From Promethearchaeota archaeon (GTDB lineage Archaea; Asgardarchaeota; Lokiarchaeia; Sigyniarchaeales; SOKP01), in NCBI GenBank assembly GCA_048937405.1, contig JBHLNF010000003.1, forward strand, positions 64,001 through 128,000: a DNA stretch of 64,000 nt. Direction: 5' to 3'. Numbering within the stretch: the stretch's first letter is position 1; the number at the start of each line of letters is the position of its first letter. A program made the position numbers and the translations under genes. Below, piece after piece: positions 34,401 to 49,400 of the stretch. Below the pieces are notes generated by a model. That model saw only the letters and a list, made by a program, of their open reading frames with translations. It was not told the DNA's origin and did not search any database.

Positions 34401-37400
34401 TTTATGAGGATTTCGATTATGTGCAATTTGGAGATATTTTAGATAGCACCTTTGATACAACCGAATTTACGATATGTGGATGGGTTAATCCAACTGCATT
34501 TTCCGATGTAGAAAGTTCCCATGGTGTGAACAACGTCTTCTTCTCAAAGGAGGGCATCCTGGAATTGGGAGTAAATGAAAGCGGTTATGTAGAGGTCTAT
34601 CTTGATCCGAATAACTTGCCTGACGCAACCGCAACCTACGGTACCTCGGGAGCGGTTCAAATAGGCCAGTGGAATTTTCTTGCGGTACGGTATACCAGAG
34701 GAAATGTTGATGTGATAATTAATGATGTTTGGTACACCTCTGCGGTGGGAGGTACTACGGAGCCGTGGAGCGGAGGGAATCAGCTGGAGAATGGTGGCAC
34801 CTTCATTATCGGTGCAGAACTGACTAATTATACCTGTTTTGCAGGGAATATAGATGATGTGAGAGTGTATAATCGCTCATTAACGTTTAACGAAGTTGAA
34901 GAAATTCGGTTAGGGAATGAACTTAGACTGGAATGCACAGTTTCACGAGAAAATGGTGCGGGTGGATGGGTACCTATTACTTCGGGAGAGCTAATCGATA
35001 GTTATATTCACTTTGAATGTGAAAAAATGTATGGTGAAATGGTAGCCCTTGAAACAGTTGAGTTTTACATAGCGACATATGAACCTACAATGTTAGAAGA
35101 TCCAGTTCCCGATGAATGGAGTTTGATTAGAAGCTACTCCTATAATCGGGATCATTATTCGTTTGTTGTTCACAGTAGAAATCTACCAGACGAACCCACC
35201 TGGTATTTCATTGTTCGAGTGGTATGTTCAGATCAGAACGTTACGTTTAGTATATATAGTAATTCGTTTGGTATTAGTCATTTCGAAGAGTCTGTAAATT
35301 TTACCTATGTCAATATTGATGGGCGTGTTAATCATAATTCTCAAATTGGCGTGTTACCACTAGAGAGATTTAGCTACCACATAGAATCTATTAATCTATA
35401 TGTAAATTATTCTGGGTCGATTGATAAAGTGAATAACGTGCCTTTCACATACAATGATATGTATTTTAATAATTGGTTACTTGAACTTGATGAATTAACA
35501 CAATGGGTATTAGATGAAGGATTATTACCAGGTGAGTATATCATCAATTTCATTGTTGAAGCAAACTTTACTTTCGGACCAGAATTTAACTATTATATGT
35601 ACAACTATACGATGGGTAATATTACTTTAGATATCGAAAGTCCAGATATTACATTAAATATACAACACAATCCATTTGAAACGACATATACAGATGAAGA
35701 AGATCACTTATTAACAGCGCAGCTAGATTTTATAGATGATCACTTTTCATATGTAAGGCTCGATTACATGTATCATACCTATGAAACTCAGGAAATTTGG
35801 AGGGATTACGGTATAGAATTTACAGGATCGTCCCCTAGTATGAATATTACGTTTGACATACTCAATTTTAGAGATGATAACATTTCTATGAGGTTTATTG
35901 GCTATGACGATTTGGGTAATGAAAAAATTCTAGATGAAGCCAGTTTTTGGTTCCTAAAAGATATGAACAACCACCGTGATTTTGTAGTAAACGGTATTGA
36001 TGAGAATTATTTGTATTCTCTCGATCACAGCGGAAAAATCGATCTTGATGTAACTATATATCCAGTTGATAATGATATCACCAAAGTAACGCTTACAACT
36101 ATGTACGAGAATTTTAAACTCAATAACACAGTTATAGAAAATGATCATATCTACTTCAGCGATACGAGTGTAGGTGAGATAAATATTAAACTAAACAGTA
36201 TCTATTATGAAGTATTTGCAACTGATTTTCTTCAGATTCCAGTCACCATACGATTATATCAGGATGATAATATAATAGCAACAAAACAATTTACCATTAT
36301 CTCAACCACAAAGGTGTTTGAGGATCCCATAGAGATATCTGGAATTGATATCAATTTAGATTATAATGATGAAGTGGTATATGAAGAAAACTTTAATGAG
36401 TCAAATTGGAATTTATACGGAAATAATCCACACACATTTGATGTATCATCATCTACGATTAATAACTATTTAAATAAAAATCACTCTTTAAAAGAGTCAT
36501 TTTATAGTTATACAGGCGAATATAGTTTAGAATCTCCTTCAGGCTCTATTCACTTCAATGAAGACGATAACCACTGGTACGTATTTGATAAGAGCAATAG
36601 TAGATTATATCAATATAATCCCGATTGGACATATACTGGCACATTTTACAATATTGATACATCATCATTTCCCTCATTTGAACCTACTTCTATTTATTAT
36701 GAAGATGATTGGTATGTATCTGGTACAAATTCTGAAGATTATTTATATTCCTATCTCAGAACATCTACATCCAGCAACATACCTTTAAATAATAAGTATG
36801 AAATAGTTGAAACCCCATATGGGATTTATTTTTCGGATTTGAATGGTCGTTTTATTTATAAGACTTCTGATGAGGGAAAAACTTTTACAACGGTAGTAGA
36901 TGAATCACAGAGTGTAACACGTATTAAAGGTCTTTTGTTTGATGAAAATACTAATCGTCTATACTTTTTACTGTCGGATAATATCTATTATGATGAGTAC
37001 TCTCTAAAATCAAAATATATAGAATTAGATAATAATGATAATGTTGTTGAACGATATAATATATATTTTCAAAAAATGTCTTTATCACCCATTGATAATT
37101 TTATTCATCAAAATAGAAAATATGAATTTTATGAATATCAAGAACCCAGTACAGCGGATATAATATTTGAAATAAGAGATCAATCAGGACCTTCGACATG
37201 GTCATACAATATGGGATCTACTATAAATCATTATGGATCATTTCACCATACTTATCCAACTCTCGTAGGAAATAATCTATGGTTCTTGGGTGGTTGGGAC
37301 GATGGAAATGTTGAAATATGGAGGTTCAGTTTAGTCTCCAAGGTTTTTACAAAAATGAAGGATTTAGGAGCCAATACTAAGATCCCTTTAACACCTATTT

Positions 37401-40400
37401 ATCAGCTGTATGGAGAACTTGCGTATAATGGACATGATCATCTTTGTTTTATAATTGAAGGTGTATCTGATGACCGACGTTATTATTGGAATTACTCGAT
37501 TTCTACAAATATAGCAATTAAAGGAGCAGAATGTGACGTTTCGTTTATGTTAAATAAATATGCAGATGGATATACGAAAGCTTTTGATCGTGAACAAGGT
37601 ATAATATATTTACTAACTGATAACGGATTAGAAACATTCTATGAAGAGGATTTTCAGGCGCCTATCTCAGTTATAACTGAAAACTATTTCTGGACATTCG
37701 ATAAAAAATTCTACAAGCTTGAATATCCTAACTTATTGAAATTTGATTATGATTGGAGGATATATTCTGGCTCTCATTATGATATTGATGTTAGTAACAA
37801 CGGTCTTAATTCTATGTGTTATCAGAATGGATACTGGTATGTGGCTGATGGTAATTTTATAAAGAAATTTAATGCGGAGTGGGTATATCAAACAGAATAT
37901 TTTGTAGGTTCTGAAGATACACCGATATCTCTTAAGTTTAATGAAGATGATAGTTACTGGTATATGCTGGGTGAATATAGTTCAACGGTGTATAGATATG
38001 ATTCTAACTGGGTATATACAGAAACATCATATAATATAAATCAAGACGCAGATCCAAGAGGGATTTATTATCATAATGGATACTGGTGGATGTGCGGTAA
38101 CGAACGTGACAAAATCTACAAATACGATAATCTTTTTACGGTTTCTAAAATATATCAGGGAAATGGAATTTTATACTGCCAAACGGGTGCTACTGAAACA
38201 ATATCATTAAGAAGTAATAGTCTTGATCTTGATCTAATACCTGGAGATATTATTGAAATTACATATAACACCACTTCGACACACGAGATAATGTTTAATT
38301 TGTTAAGCTCTGGAATACAACAAAAAGGATTTAAATTGATACAAGAGGGGAATAAAAATTTCGGTACTAAGACTGTAGGATTTATTCTTGATAATTTTGA
38401 TGATTTTTATGATAATATAGATCAACTCGAATTTACTGGAACATTTGACGATACTCACAATTTAGTAATAGATCACATAAAGATATACCGCATTCCTCCG
38501 AATATTTTTATGAATGTGTCTTGTGGGAATTCGTATAACAACTCTTATAATTTACCATTTATAGTAAATAACATCAATCCCTATGTTGAATTTTACAATT
38601 CCGAGAATGAATTAGTGCAAACAGTAAGGTTATTCTCAAATGTGAGTGATATGAGAGTACAACTTTATTCCAATGAATACTTATACCTATACACAAGTAC
38701 AAAACTACCAGCAAACACGCATTTATGGTGGGAAATTGGTAGCGGAGAATTGTATCTTGTAGATGCTGCTGATCAAACTCAATTGTATGTATCTACCGAT
38801 GAAGGAATGACCTGGATTCAGGTAGATATTGATCCTTCTGACACTTCTGGAGATGCTAAATCACGAGATCACAACATCCAATCAGCGTGGCATGACAACG
38901 TAAGTCAGGTTATATGGTTTGTTGATTGTGATGATGGAACGGCAGACAATTTCGATGTGTGGAAACTTGATTACAGTACGAATAAAACGCACCCAACTAT
39001 AACAGAAATAGGAACTTCTAGTGGTGCTGATGCAGGTAGTGTGATGTTTACGGATATTTTTGTATATAGTTCAGATACATATGTTGTAAATTATGAGGAG
39101 AGATCAGGCACTAAAGTCGTTGTCGTTTGGGATGTGGATACTGCACCATTTACTCAGGAGGGTATACACTATCCAGGCAGTCCAGCGACACATGTTGAAC
39201 TGTCTTTTGTTACACTTATAGGTGATGATGTCTATCTTACTGAGGAACTTGACACAGGACAACCATCACCCATGGATTCAATTCGCATACTGCGTTTTGA
39301 TCTTTTTACCTCATCATGGGGCGCTCCAGATTATCTAAGTGGGTATGATATGCTAGAAAGGGGTATCGTCTATGATGGTAATGATACTATATATTTTATG
39401 GCTGCTAACATTGCTGATGGCAAGAATTATGTATGTTCTTATTCTATTTCAACCTTTACAATTACAGTGGGACAAGAAAATAACATTTCATTTATGTTAA
39501 ACCGAAATGCGGATGGATATGGAAAAGCATTTCATACAAATGGCATAATATATCAAATTACTGAAAACGATATTGAGTTGTTTAATACTAGATCTTATGA
39601 TGATGATGTAATCGCTATTACAGAAGGATATATTATGACCGCAAACGGTAAGTTATACATCTTTGAAAACATTACAATTACGCGGAACAGGTTTAAGGTA
39701 CCATTTCCAGATTTAAATCCTGGAGAGGAATTGGCGGATATAAGAGTTGTTACTATTAGCGGTACCTCATATGAATTTTATTATTTTATAGATGCAACTG
39801 ATCAGGAAATTTACATCAATTTACTAACAGATGAAAACATTGATGGTACATATAATGAGATATATATACGGTACGGATTTACTAACACATCTATCGGATT
39901 TCATCAGTTTTATGGATATTACGACTTAAAATCAACTCTTTTTATCCCAGAAGGGAATTATACATTAAAAGGCTACTTTCATGATATTTCGGGTACAGTT
40001 TCTAAATTTTTATCAAATACAACACATGTAATTGATTTTGAAAGTCCTCGGGTGTTCAAGCAATTTGAAGAAAGTGTAATAATTAATAATCTAAAAGATG
40101 GATTTATTTCATTCATTATTGAAGATTTTAGCGGTATCGACGAGTGCTTTTTCCTTGATCAAATTTTTGATGGGTATTGGGATGTTCAAGGTAATCTTTA
40201 TACCTATTACTTTACTGATCCCCATGCGACTATATTTTTATCTGAATTTTCAACCCCTTCTTTGTGGAATTTCAGCGTCGCCTATGGGAAATTGGACTAT
40301 CATAATCTTGAACATATTGATAATATCAATACAACAATTTATGGTGAGTATACCACATATGACACTCCAGAACAACCCAGCGACGTCATTGTAATAGATG

Positions 40401-43400
40401 GAATTATTACAGATTATGGAAATCTCGAATTTATTGATAATAACGAAACAACAATTGATGCCGAGTATAGCGGTAGTTCATATGACATTAATGCAGAAAT
40501 ATTAATCGATGGGATACCGCCAAATATAAATGACTGGAGGTCCTACCTCAGATTTAATCATAGTTCTACTGCAACTATTGATTTTGATATATGGGATTAT
40601 ACATTATCCGATTGGCAAGATATAAGCGCAGGCCATTATCCAGCAACCTACAGTTTTGAAAACGATCAAGCTGGGCAAAATCCTAGTGAATGGGATATAG
40701 ATGAAACAGGAGGGACTGTCGACGTTCTCGCTACTTTTCAAAGACATGACAAAGTTGTAAAAATTACAGATAGTAGCGGTTCTGATTATCCACGATTTTA
40801 TCAAAGTATCGATTATTTATCATATGGAAAGGTGGAATTTTGGATTTGTGCAGGTGAGACTGATAGAATGCATCGTTTTGCGATTGTTGATTATATGGAT
40901 GAAGGACTTGAGTTTTATATGAGAAATAATGGGCAATTTTCTTATTATGATGTTAATGGGTATCATGATATAGGCGCATATATTACGAATCAATGGTATC
41001 ATATCAAAATAGAATTCGGTCTTACAGACTGGCATCTGTGGATAGATGGTGTTTCTAAGGATCAAGGGAATGGATATGGATATTATGGATATCGTATACC
41101 ATTTACTATTATGACTTTTGAAACAAATTCAGGGGAAACTGGCGCTGATTTTTATATTGATGCAGTAGGAACTTCTTGGTATTCAAAGAAATATAATATC
41201 GGGGACAATAAATACGCAACTCAATTATTATCTACTGATTTAATTAACAATCGCGTTGTAAAGGTACGGTATATAGCCACTGATTCAACCGATTTTGTAC
41301 TAGACATTGATCAACTCCGAGTAGATTACTATGATGATAAGTATAAAATAGAAGGAGAAATTGAATGGTCAGTAGATGATCCAATTTTATATTCAATCGA
41401 TTCGCTACGATTTAGTCAGTTTGTTGAAAACAGACTTGATAATTTTGATATATGGAATTATACATTAGGTAATTGGCAGGATATTTCAAGTGAAGACAGT
41501 CCATTTACACTTTCATCTGATTTTTATGACAGTAGCAATATTATAAAGGTTCGTTACATAGCATCTTCTGATACCACTTTTGGCTTAGATTTAGATCAGC
41601 TCAGAACTGATTACACAACTACAATACCAGTTGAAGGATTTGTATCCACATTCCATTTATTTGTTAAGGATACCGTGGGTAATAATAATACAATTGGTAT
41701 TTCACTCGCATTTGATGATGTGCCTCCTGCGATTGAAGATTTGTACATACATACCAAATATTGGAATGAATTACTGAGAATTGATATAAAGATCAAAGAT
41801 ACTTCTGATTATGATATTTCATTGATGTTAAAAAACATCATTAACAAAGCAACCTTTACTCGGTTGAAATACACCATCACAAATGTAGGACAAGATGAAT
41901 GGCAGATTTTGTTAGATACATCTCAACTGCCGAATGGCTTGTACGATATTTATCTCACCATAACAGACATAGCGGGAAATTCACTTATACATGTTATTGA
42001 AGACATATATTTGGATAACAGTCCCGTAGAATTTTTGTATCTTGAAGATAAAGTAATAATCGACGACATTTCGATGTATAGTTTTGTAATTGATGATGTA
42101 TTATATTTCAATGATAGAAAAGAAATAGCTATTTCTGCAATTGACATTACCTACGACGGTTTTAGCTGGAGTTTAATTGATCCAGCGCTGGGTATTCAAC
42201 AAGGGGTTCATAATATTACAATGTATATAACAAACGAGCTTGCTTATCACCCCGTTGTGTTATCAACCGAATTGAATTATGATACACTTTCATATGTAAT
42301 AATCGGCTATGGTACCTATCCAAATATTATATATGATACACAAGCCATCAAGGAAATCAAGCGGTTGAAAATTAATGATGTAGTTATAGAAAATAACGGG
42401 TTTTCGACCTCATTTACTGGAGGTTCATATGTATTGCATATTGATCCTCATTATACATATTTACTATCCCCATTAAATACAATTGAAGCCGAGTTCTATG
42501 AACGCATTGAAGACGGCATTTATTTTGAGTTTGATAGTATTAGTATGGAATGGGTTTTGAAATCAAGTGGAAAAGATTTCTTTAATATCTCTGAGTATCT
42601 GTCACTTTCTGAAGGAGAAGAATTTTACTTTTGGTTCGAATTGGAAGATGGAATGGGTGTTGCCAAAAATGGTTCGGTATCATATAATCCGTGGTGGAGA
42701 TACACAGGGATTAATTATCCAGTTTTTCCAGTTAACGAAACATCTCCAAAAAGCATATACTACCAAAATGGATATTGGTATGTGCTTGGAGATTATAACA
42801 ATAAAGTATTTAAGTACTATTCTAATTGGATACCTACTGGTGAGTCATATTCCATTGCTTCTGAGGATAACCTACCACAATCGATCTATTACTATGATGG
42901 ATATTGGTGGGTATTGGGTCAATTTAACAAAACTGTGTTTAAGTACAATCCAGACTGGACTTATACTAACTTAAACTACACGATAGATGAAGATGCCTGG
43001 CCAACTTCAATTTTTTATCATAACGGATATTGGTGGGTGCTCGGAAATGCTCAATCAGAAGTATTTAAATATAACTCTGATTGGACATATTCTGGAGAAT
43101 CATTTTTACTCGAAACAGAGGGAGATCTAAGTGACATCAATTTTGAGGGAGGATATTGGTATGTCTGTTGCAATGATAAAAGAAGGATATATAAGTACGC
43201 AGTTGATTGGACATATTTGGGAGAATCTTTTTCAGTAAACGCGAATCCGACCGCTATTCATTATGCAAATGACTACTGGTGGGTTCTGGGAGAACAGTCA
43301 AGAATATACAAGTATATGTGGCAGACTTCGAATGAGACAAGGGGAAATATCTTTATCACCCATACCTATAAAGGAATTTATGATAATTCAATTGAACGGA

Positions 43401-46400
43401 TAGGTGATGGGAACTTATTTGAATGGAACCTCGGTACTACGTCTAATGGTACAGGAGTTGTGATTTTCGGTACAGATGAGTACAAGGATAGCTTGATCCA
43501 GATCGATCCGTCATCAGTGCTTCCTGATGTGAACGATGATATGGATATCGCGAGAGTAATGATTTATGGAACTGAAAATCCTGAGTATTACATTGTGGAT
43601 ACTGCGTGGTGGAATCTTGATGAAGGTACAGGAAACATTGCTGAAGACTCTATTAATGGAGATCACAATGGTATAATTTATGGGACGACCTGGGATGATG
43701 GATTAAACGGTAAAGCACTGTATTTTGATGGTATAAACGATTATGTTTCAACAAATCTTGATATGACCTCTATTTGGACTGCTGGGGATCCGATTCACAT
43801 ATCTGTTTGGTTCAAAACTACCGCAACGAGTGGTTATATCATCGCGGGAACTCCTGAAGGAGGTCCAGATATAGCAGTTCAAATGTATAATGGACAAGTT
43901 AGAGTTCGATTGTACGGCGATACAGTAGCGGCATCTGATAATGAAGAATATAATGATAATGAATGGCATCTTGTCGATTTTGGCTGTAATGAAACTGATT
44001 CTTATTTCTATGTCGATGGTGTATTACAATCAACCGCACCATCTATTGGAACCTTTAATCGAGAGACTTCCCTAATGTTTGGTGCCCGTAAAACTCCTGC
44101 TCAAGACTTTTATGAGGGTTATATTGATGACATTCGTATTTATCAATACGCGCTCTCAGGTGATCAGATTCAATGGTTATATAATGAAGGTAAAGGTAGA
44201 ACATCACTATGGGATTTTGTTGGTAGATGTTATTATGATGAAGTAGAAGATAGGTGGGTGTATTACTGGAATGACGAAACTGTTGATGATATTTCTTCTA
44301 GAACGTATCATTTAAAGAGCTATGTATTTGATAAAGCTGGTAATTACCTTGATTTTAACGAACATTACAGTGGAACTTATAGTTTTGAACACGATACAAT
44401 TGGATTCATACCTAATGGATGGATAGGTAGTTCGAGCGCACCTGTATATGTAGAGGTGATTGATTCGTGGGAAGCTCATAATAAAATGCTAAGAATACAT
44501 GATGATGGAATACAAACACCATTCGACTTGATTGCAGTAACCGAGAACATATTTAGTAGTCAGCAAACAAAAGGTACTATTGAGTTTTGGTGGGGCGCTG
44601 ATAATGTCTATGATTGGTCGCAATGTGTTGTCTACAACCAAGATACTTTTAAGTCAATTCGTGTAGTACTTTATCAGAATAAGTTTCAATACCATGATGG
44701 ATCATCATATCAACCTCTAGCTGATGTTTTTAACAATACTTTATATCATGTTCGATTAGTGTTTGATTGTGATTTAGATACATATGATATTTATCTGAAT
44801 GGGAATTTAGAAAAGGATGATGCTCAATTTTTATTTAACGCGGATTCTTTAAAATCATTAGATTTTTCAATGGCAGACGAAGATGGAGGTGGTGCAGATC
44901 TTTATGTCGATGCGATAGGGTACTCATGGGATAATGATTACAAAATCGGAGATAACAATTTTGAATTCGGACGTTCAGCGGTGCAAATCTATGATTTTGT
45001 GGATATCGAACTTGCCACTGACATCATTCTTGGAAAGGTGTTTGAGTACAACAGCACCTTACCACAAAATATACAAGAAATAACAGGAATTATTCAAGAT
45101 TACTTTGGCACTGATAATCTATGGGACATTATAGTTGAGTATTATAATCCGTTAGAACATGAATGGATACCTCTGGCAGTAGATTCATCGGTAATTACCA
45201 ACGGAAAGTACACAATTACCTGGGATATCAATCAGGATGAAACATTCTTGAATTCAATGTATTATTTAGAATATGAATTCCTTCCTTATGCAATTCCTAA
45301 TAGCGGTTCTGAATTGTGGGGATCATGGGGTACCTTTTATTCAGGTGGAGATTGGCAACCCATTGTTGTAACAAAACACTCTTCAGACGTCGATATTACT
45401 GTATATAAATTTGATGGCATAAACGGATGGCAGGTGGATACCCAGCGCAGTAGTGAAAATACTATACCATCGCTAAATGGTGAAGTATTCAAATTATTTG
45501 ATATCAACAATGACGGAGTGAGTGAAATTGTCAGGGTATCTCCCGCTCAAATTGATGTGATCTATTTAGATCTGGATGTGTGGGTACTACATGAAAATGT
45601 CACCTACATGAGTGGGTATGAATATTTTGCATTTGATCTATTTTATGATGAAGACTTCGATAAAACTATACTAGTTGTCATGCAAGAAAATATTGCTCAA
45701 GGAATCTTATCACTGTGGAAATATCAGTTTGATGCTCAATTTAACCTTGATTTGGTAAGACAGGTTTACTGTCCTTTAAATTTTTATCCATATACTATAA
45801 AAATTGTAAACGATTTTTCAACAAACGATAGAAACGCGATATTAGTAGGTGGGTTAATGGAAGGAGGCGCCTATTATTCTCAGCTTCTTGAATATGACCA
45901 GAATTTGGATGTACAAAAAGTAATTACAGAGGAAGTTCTGGGAAAAATTAGCGCTATTGAATATGAGCAAATTAACGGAATACATACGATTTTCCTTGGT
46001 ATGGATCGACTTGCAATCGGAAAAATGGATGCTGTAGTAGTACTGAAGAAAAAAGAATTTTCGGATGAATGGAATGAATTAGAATTAGGGGAGTTTGAAG
46101 AGGACATCAAGTTTAAGATTTTGGATCTTCTTTTTATCAATGATAATAATAATATGAAATTGATAACAGCATCAAACACGGGGGTGTTTCAAACATCGAT
46201 CATATATGTAGAAGACAAATCTACAATTAAAAGCCCTATTGTCGTGAAGAAGTTAATGCTACTTAAAGATGATTTGAACTCAGAAAGTCATCCTTTTCAC
46301 ACAATCGAAATTACTGATCGAGTGTATTCTATAGAAAGGGTATATTATAAGTTAAACAACAGATGGGTGGAATTGGGAGAATCAAAGTATGTTTATTCAA

Positions 46401-49400
46401 ATTTCAAAATCAAACTCGATTTAAGCGCTGTCTCGTGGAATGATTTACAGTCAGTTATAATTGTGTATAGTTTTTGCTCTTTTAAGGTTATAGAAGAAAA
46501 CGTTATAGATCCATCTTTTAAAATATTTGATGGACAGGCTGATATCAATGAACTATCCGCATCTGCAACATTTTACAAAGATTTACAATTCCCCTTGTTA
46601 TGGATCAATCCAGGGACAAGAACAGATCAATTTTATCTTCCAAACGCATTGACATTACATCGGGAACCAGTTATTTCTGGATACGGTAGGAAGTCGGCAT
46701 ATCCTATTGATATGCAACAGGGATGGGATGGAGAGTATAGTGCAGCGTACACCTCTATGACAGAACTTGAAAATAGTTTGATTTTTTACAATAATACTTA
46801 TGATTCGGGAATTCTTGCTCAAGAGTTAACGGGTAAAGATGATAATCCCGAGGTGGGACTTAACGGGGATAAGAAAAAGGTATTTGATGATCAGTTTGAA
46901 GGGAATTATATAGACGGGGTGTGGATTAGCAACCCAGCAATCAGTGAGAATTACGATTTCAGTGAGATGTATTATGATCAAATACATGATGAAACACTGG
47001 TAGAGCCAAATTCGATGTACAATAATTACGGAGGTGAGCAAGAGCTTTTCATTAGAAATAATTTAAATAATTATAATCTACTTTCAAGTGATACAACAAG
47101 TACAATAAAATCAAGAAATACGGCTTCATTTGGCACCGATCTAAAAACATTTCAAGAAGCAACAGTGACGGATGTTGCATACGCATTGGTAGACCCAGAA
47201 CAATACATTTCTATAGATCTTATAAATCCATCTACAATATATGGGTTAGAATTAACACATCAACTACCCATCATTGATAGGGATGGAACAAGATCTATTC
47301 AGATATCGTTTGATGCAGCAATATACGACAGTGATTACAACTTTGGTAGTAATGGAGAGCTTCCTATTTCTGTACAAATCTATAATTTCTACAGAAGAAG
47401 ATGGGAATCAATACCGATGGGGGTAACATCGGGCGGTTATTACAATTTAGGTGTATTGGATTACGATAGTTTTTGGACGTATCAAGGTCCCGAAGATACA
47501 AGTGCCTTTCAACCAAAATGGGGTACCACAAGCACAGGTGATATCAACATCATATCGTTTGGATTTCCGTTTCCAACAGAACTTGATAGTCAAGGAAGGG
47601 CATGGTTTGATGATTCTATTACGGATCCGTATAGCGGGTCAAGTTTCTTAATGAAGAATTCGGAAAACCATACTATGAATAACTTTGATATGGATGATTA
47701 TCCATTCAAAGGACTGTTTTATGATAGTAACGGGAATTCCCAAAAATACCAATTTGACAACATCAAAATAAATCCTAAAGATTTTTGGACATCTCCAACA
47801 GACTGGTTCCCAGAAGTTGATCCATCAGAAGCATTTGAAAAAGTTACAGAAGAGAATTTTTATAGCCAATTTGTAAACGATGATAATGAAATCAGAGTAA
47901 GGTTAATAACTGATTCAGAATCTTGTGATGGATACTTATGCCTTGGTGATTTTAACACCTATGTTCATACTGATAGTGATTATTTGAACTACGATGATTT
48001 CTCGGCCAATATCTACAATTCTGGACAGTACAGATACTTAAGAAACATTAATGTATTACCAAAAGATCCTCATCTATTTATAGAAGCATCTGATGGTGAT
48101 TTATATGTTGTCGATTTTGTATCACCGAATATGGTGATAAAGTTAGAGGATGAGGGAGAAACCTGGTCAATAGTTGCTAATAGAAATTACGACATTATCT
48201 CAGCATGGTATGATAGATCTTCAGAGGTGATTTACTTTATTGAGTCTAATAGCACTCAATTCAACTGTTGGTATTTAACCCTTGCATCTGATGCAATCAC
48301 AGAAATGGGAACCCATACAGGTACAAATATTGATGTACGGGATGTGTATAAGTCTGGATCCGATATGTTTGTTCTTACAATTGAAGATGACAGCGGTATG
48401 GATAAAGTGCATGTGTTTAAGTGGGTTAGTCCGAACTGGGTCAATCGGGATATAGAAGTATTTCATGATATAGGTTATATGTCTGAGGTAGTATTTCCTG
48501 GCGGAACATTTCCAACATTTATCGTCGAATCGACGGAAAACATGGTAAAAATCTATACCTTTGATGATACAATCCCAGATTTCAGTCTTGTCGCAGATGT
48601 GGGAAGTAATTTGAAATTACCCCCTATAGAAATGAGGGGGATTGCTGATCAGGACGGTGAAGACATATTTCAGTTCGTGATTTCTGATTTAACAGATACC
48701 TATTATAGATATGTGTATGATTCTGGTACCATTACAGAAGAAGAGGAATTTAATATCATACTGATGTTGGATAGAAATGCAGCGCCTGGAAGTCAAGAAA
48801 AAGGCATACATATATCCGACAGCATTGCGTGGCAAACACAATTAAACGGATTTGTCAATAGCACGGGTATATGTACAGATGGAACATCTGTGGCTATATC
48901 TGAAAATTACATCCTTACCGATAGTGGGAATTTATATAAGTTTATCAGTCCGTTCCTTGAAAGCGTGCATGTAAGTGAGAGAATTGATATGACACCTGAC
49001 GGTATTGAACTGTACGGTAGAAGTGGATTTAATTTTAAAGATACACCGACAATGTATAAGTTTCAAGATAACTTATATCAAGGTTCATGGCAATTAGTTG
49101 GCGGCACTGAGAACTTACTTATAGATTCAGGTATATTAGATGGTGATGCATTTGTAAATAGAGATAACAGAAATACGAATTATGGTGATCTATCTTATGT
49201 GCTAATAGATGGAATCAATCGCGGTTTTATACACCGACAATCTAATTATATTATAGGTAGTTATACCAAAAATTCTGAACTACGGGTATTTTATAATGGT
49301 GAATCTCCTCTAAATCATAGGAGTATATCTATTCCTACAAAGACTTTTGTAGAAGATGAGATAACATGGAATAATCAACCACCGCCGTTGACATTCAACC

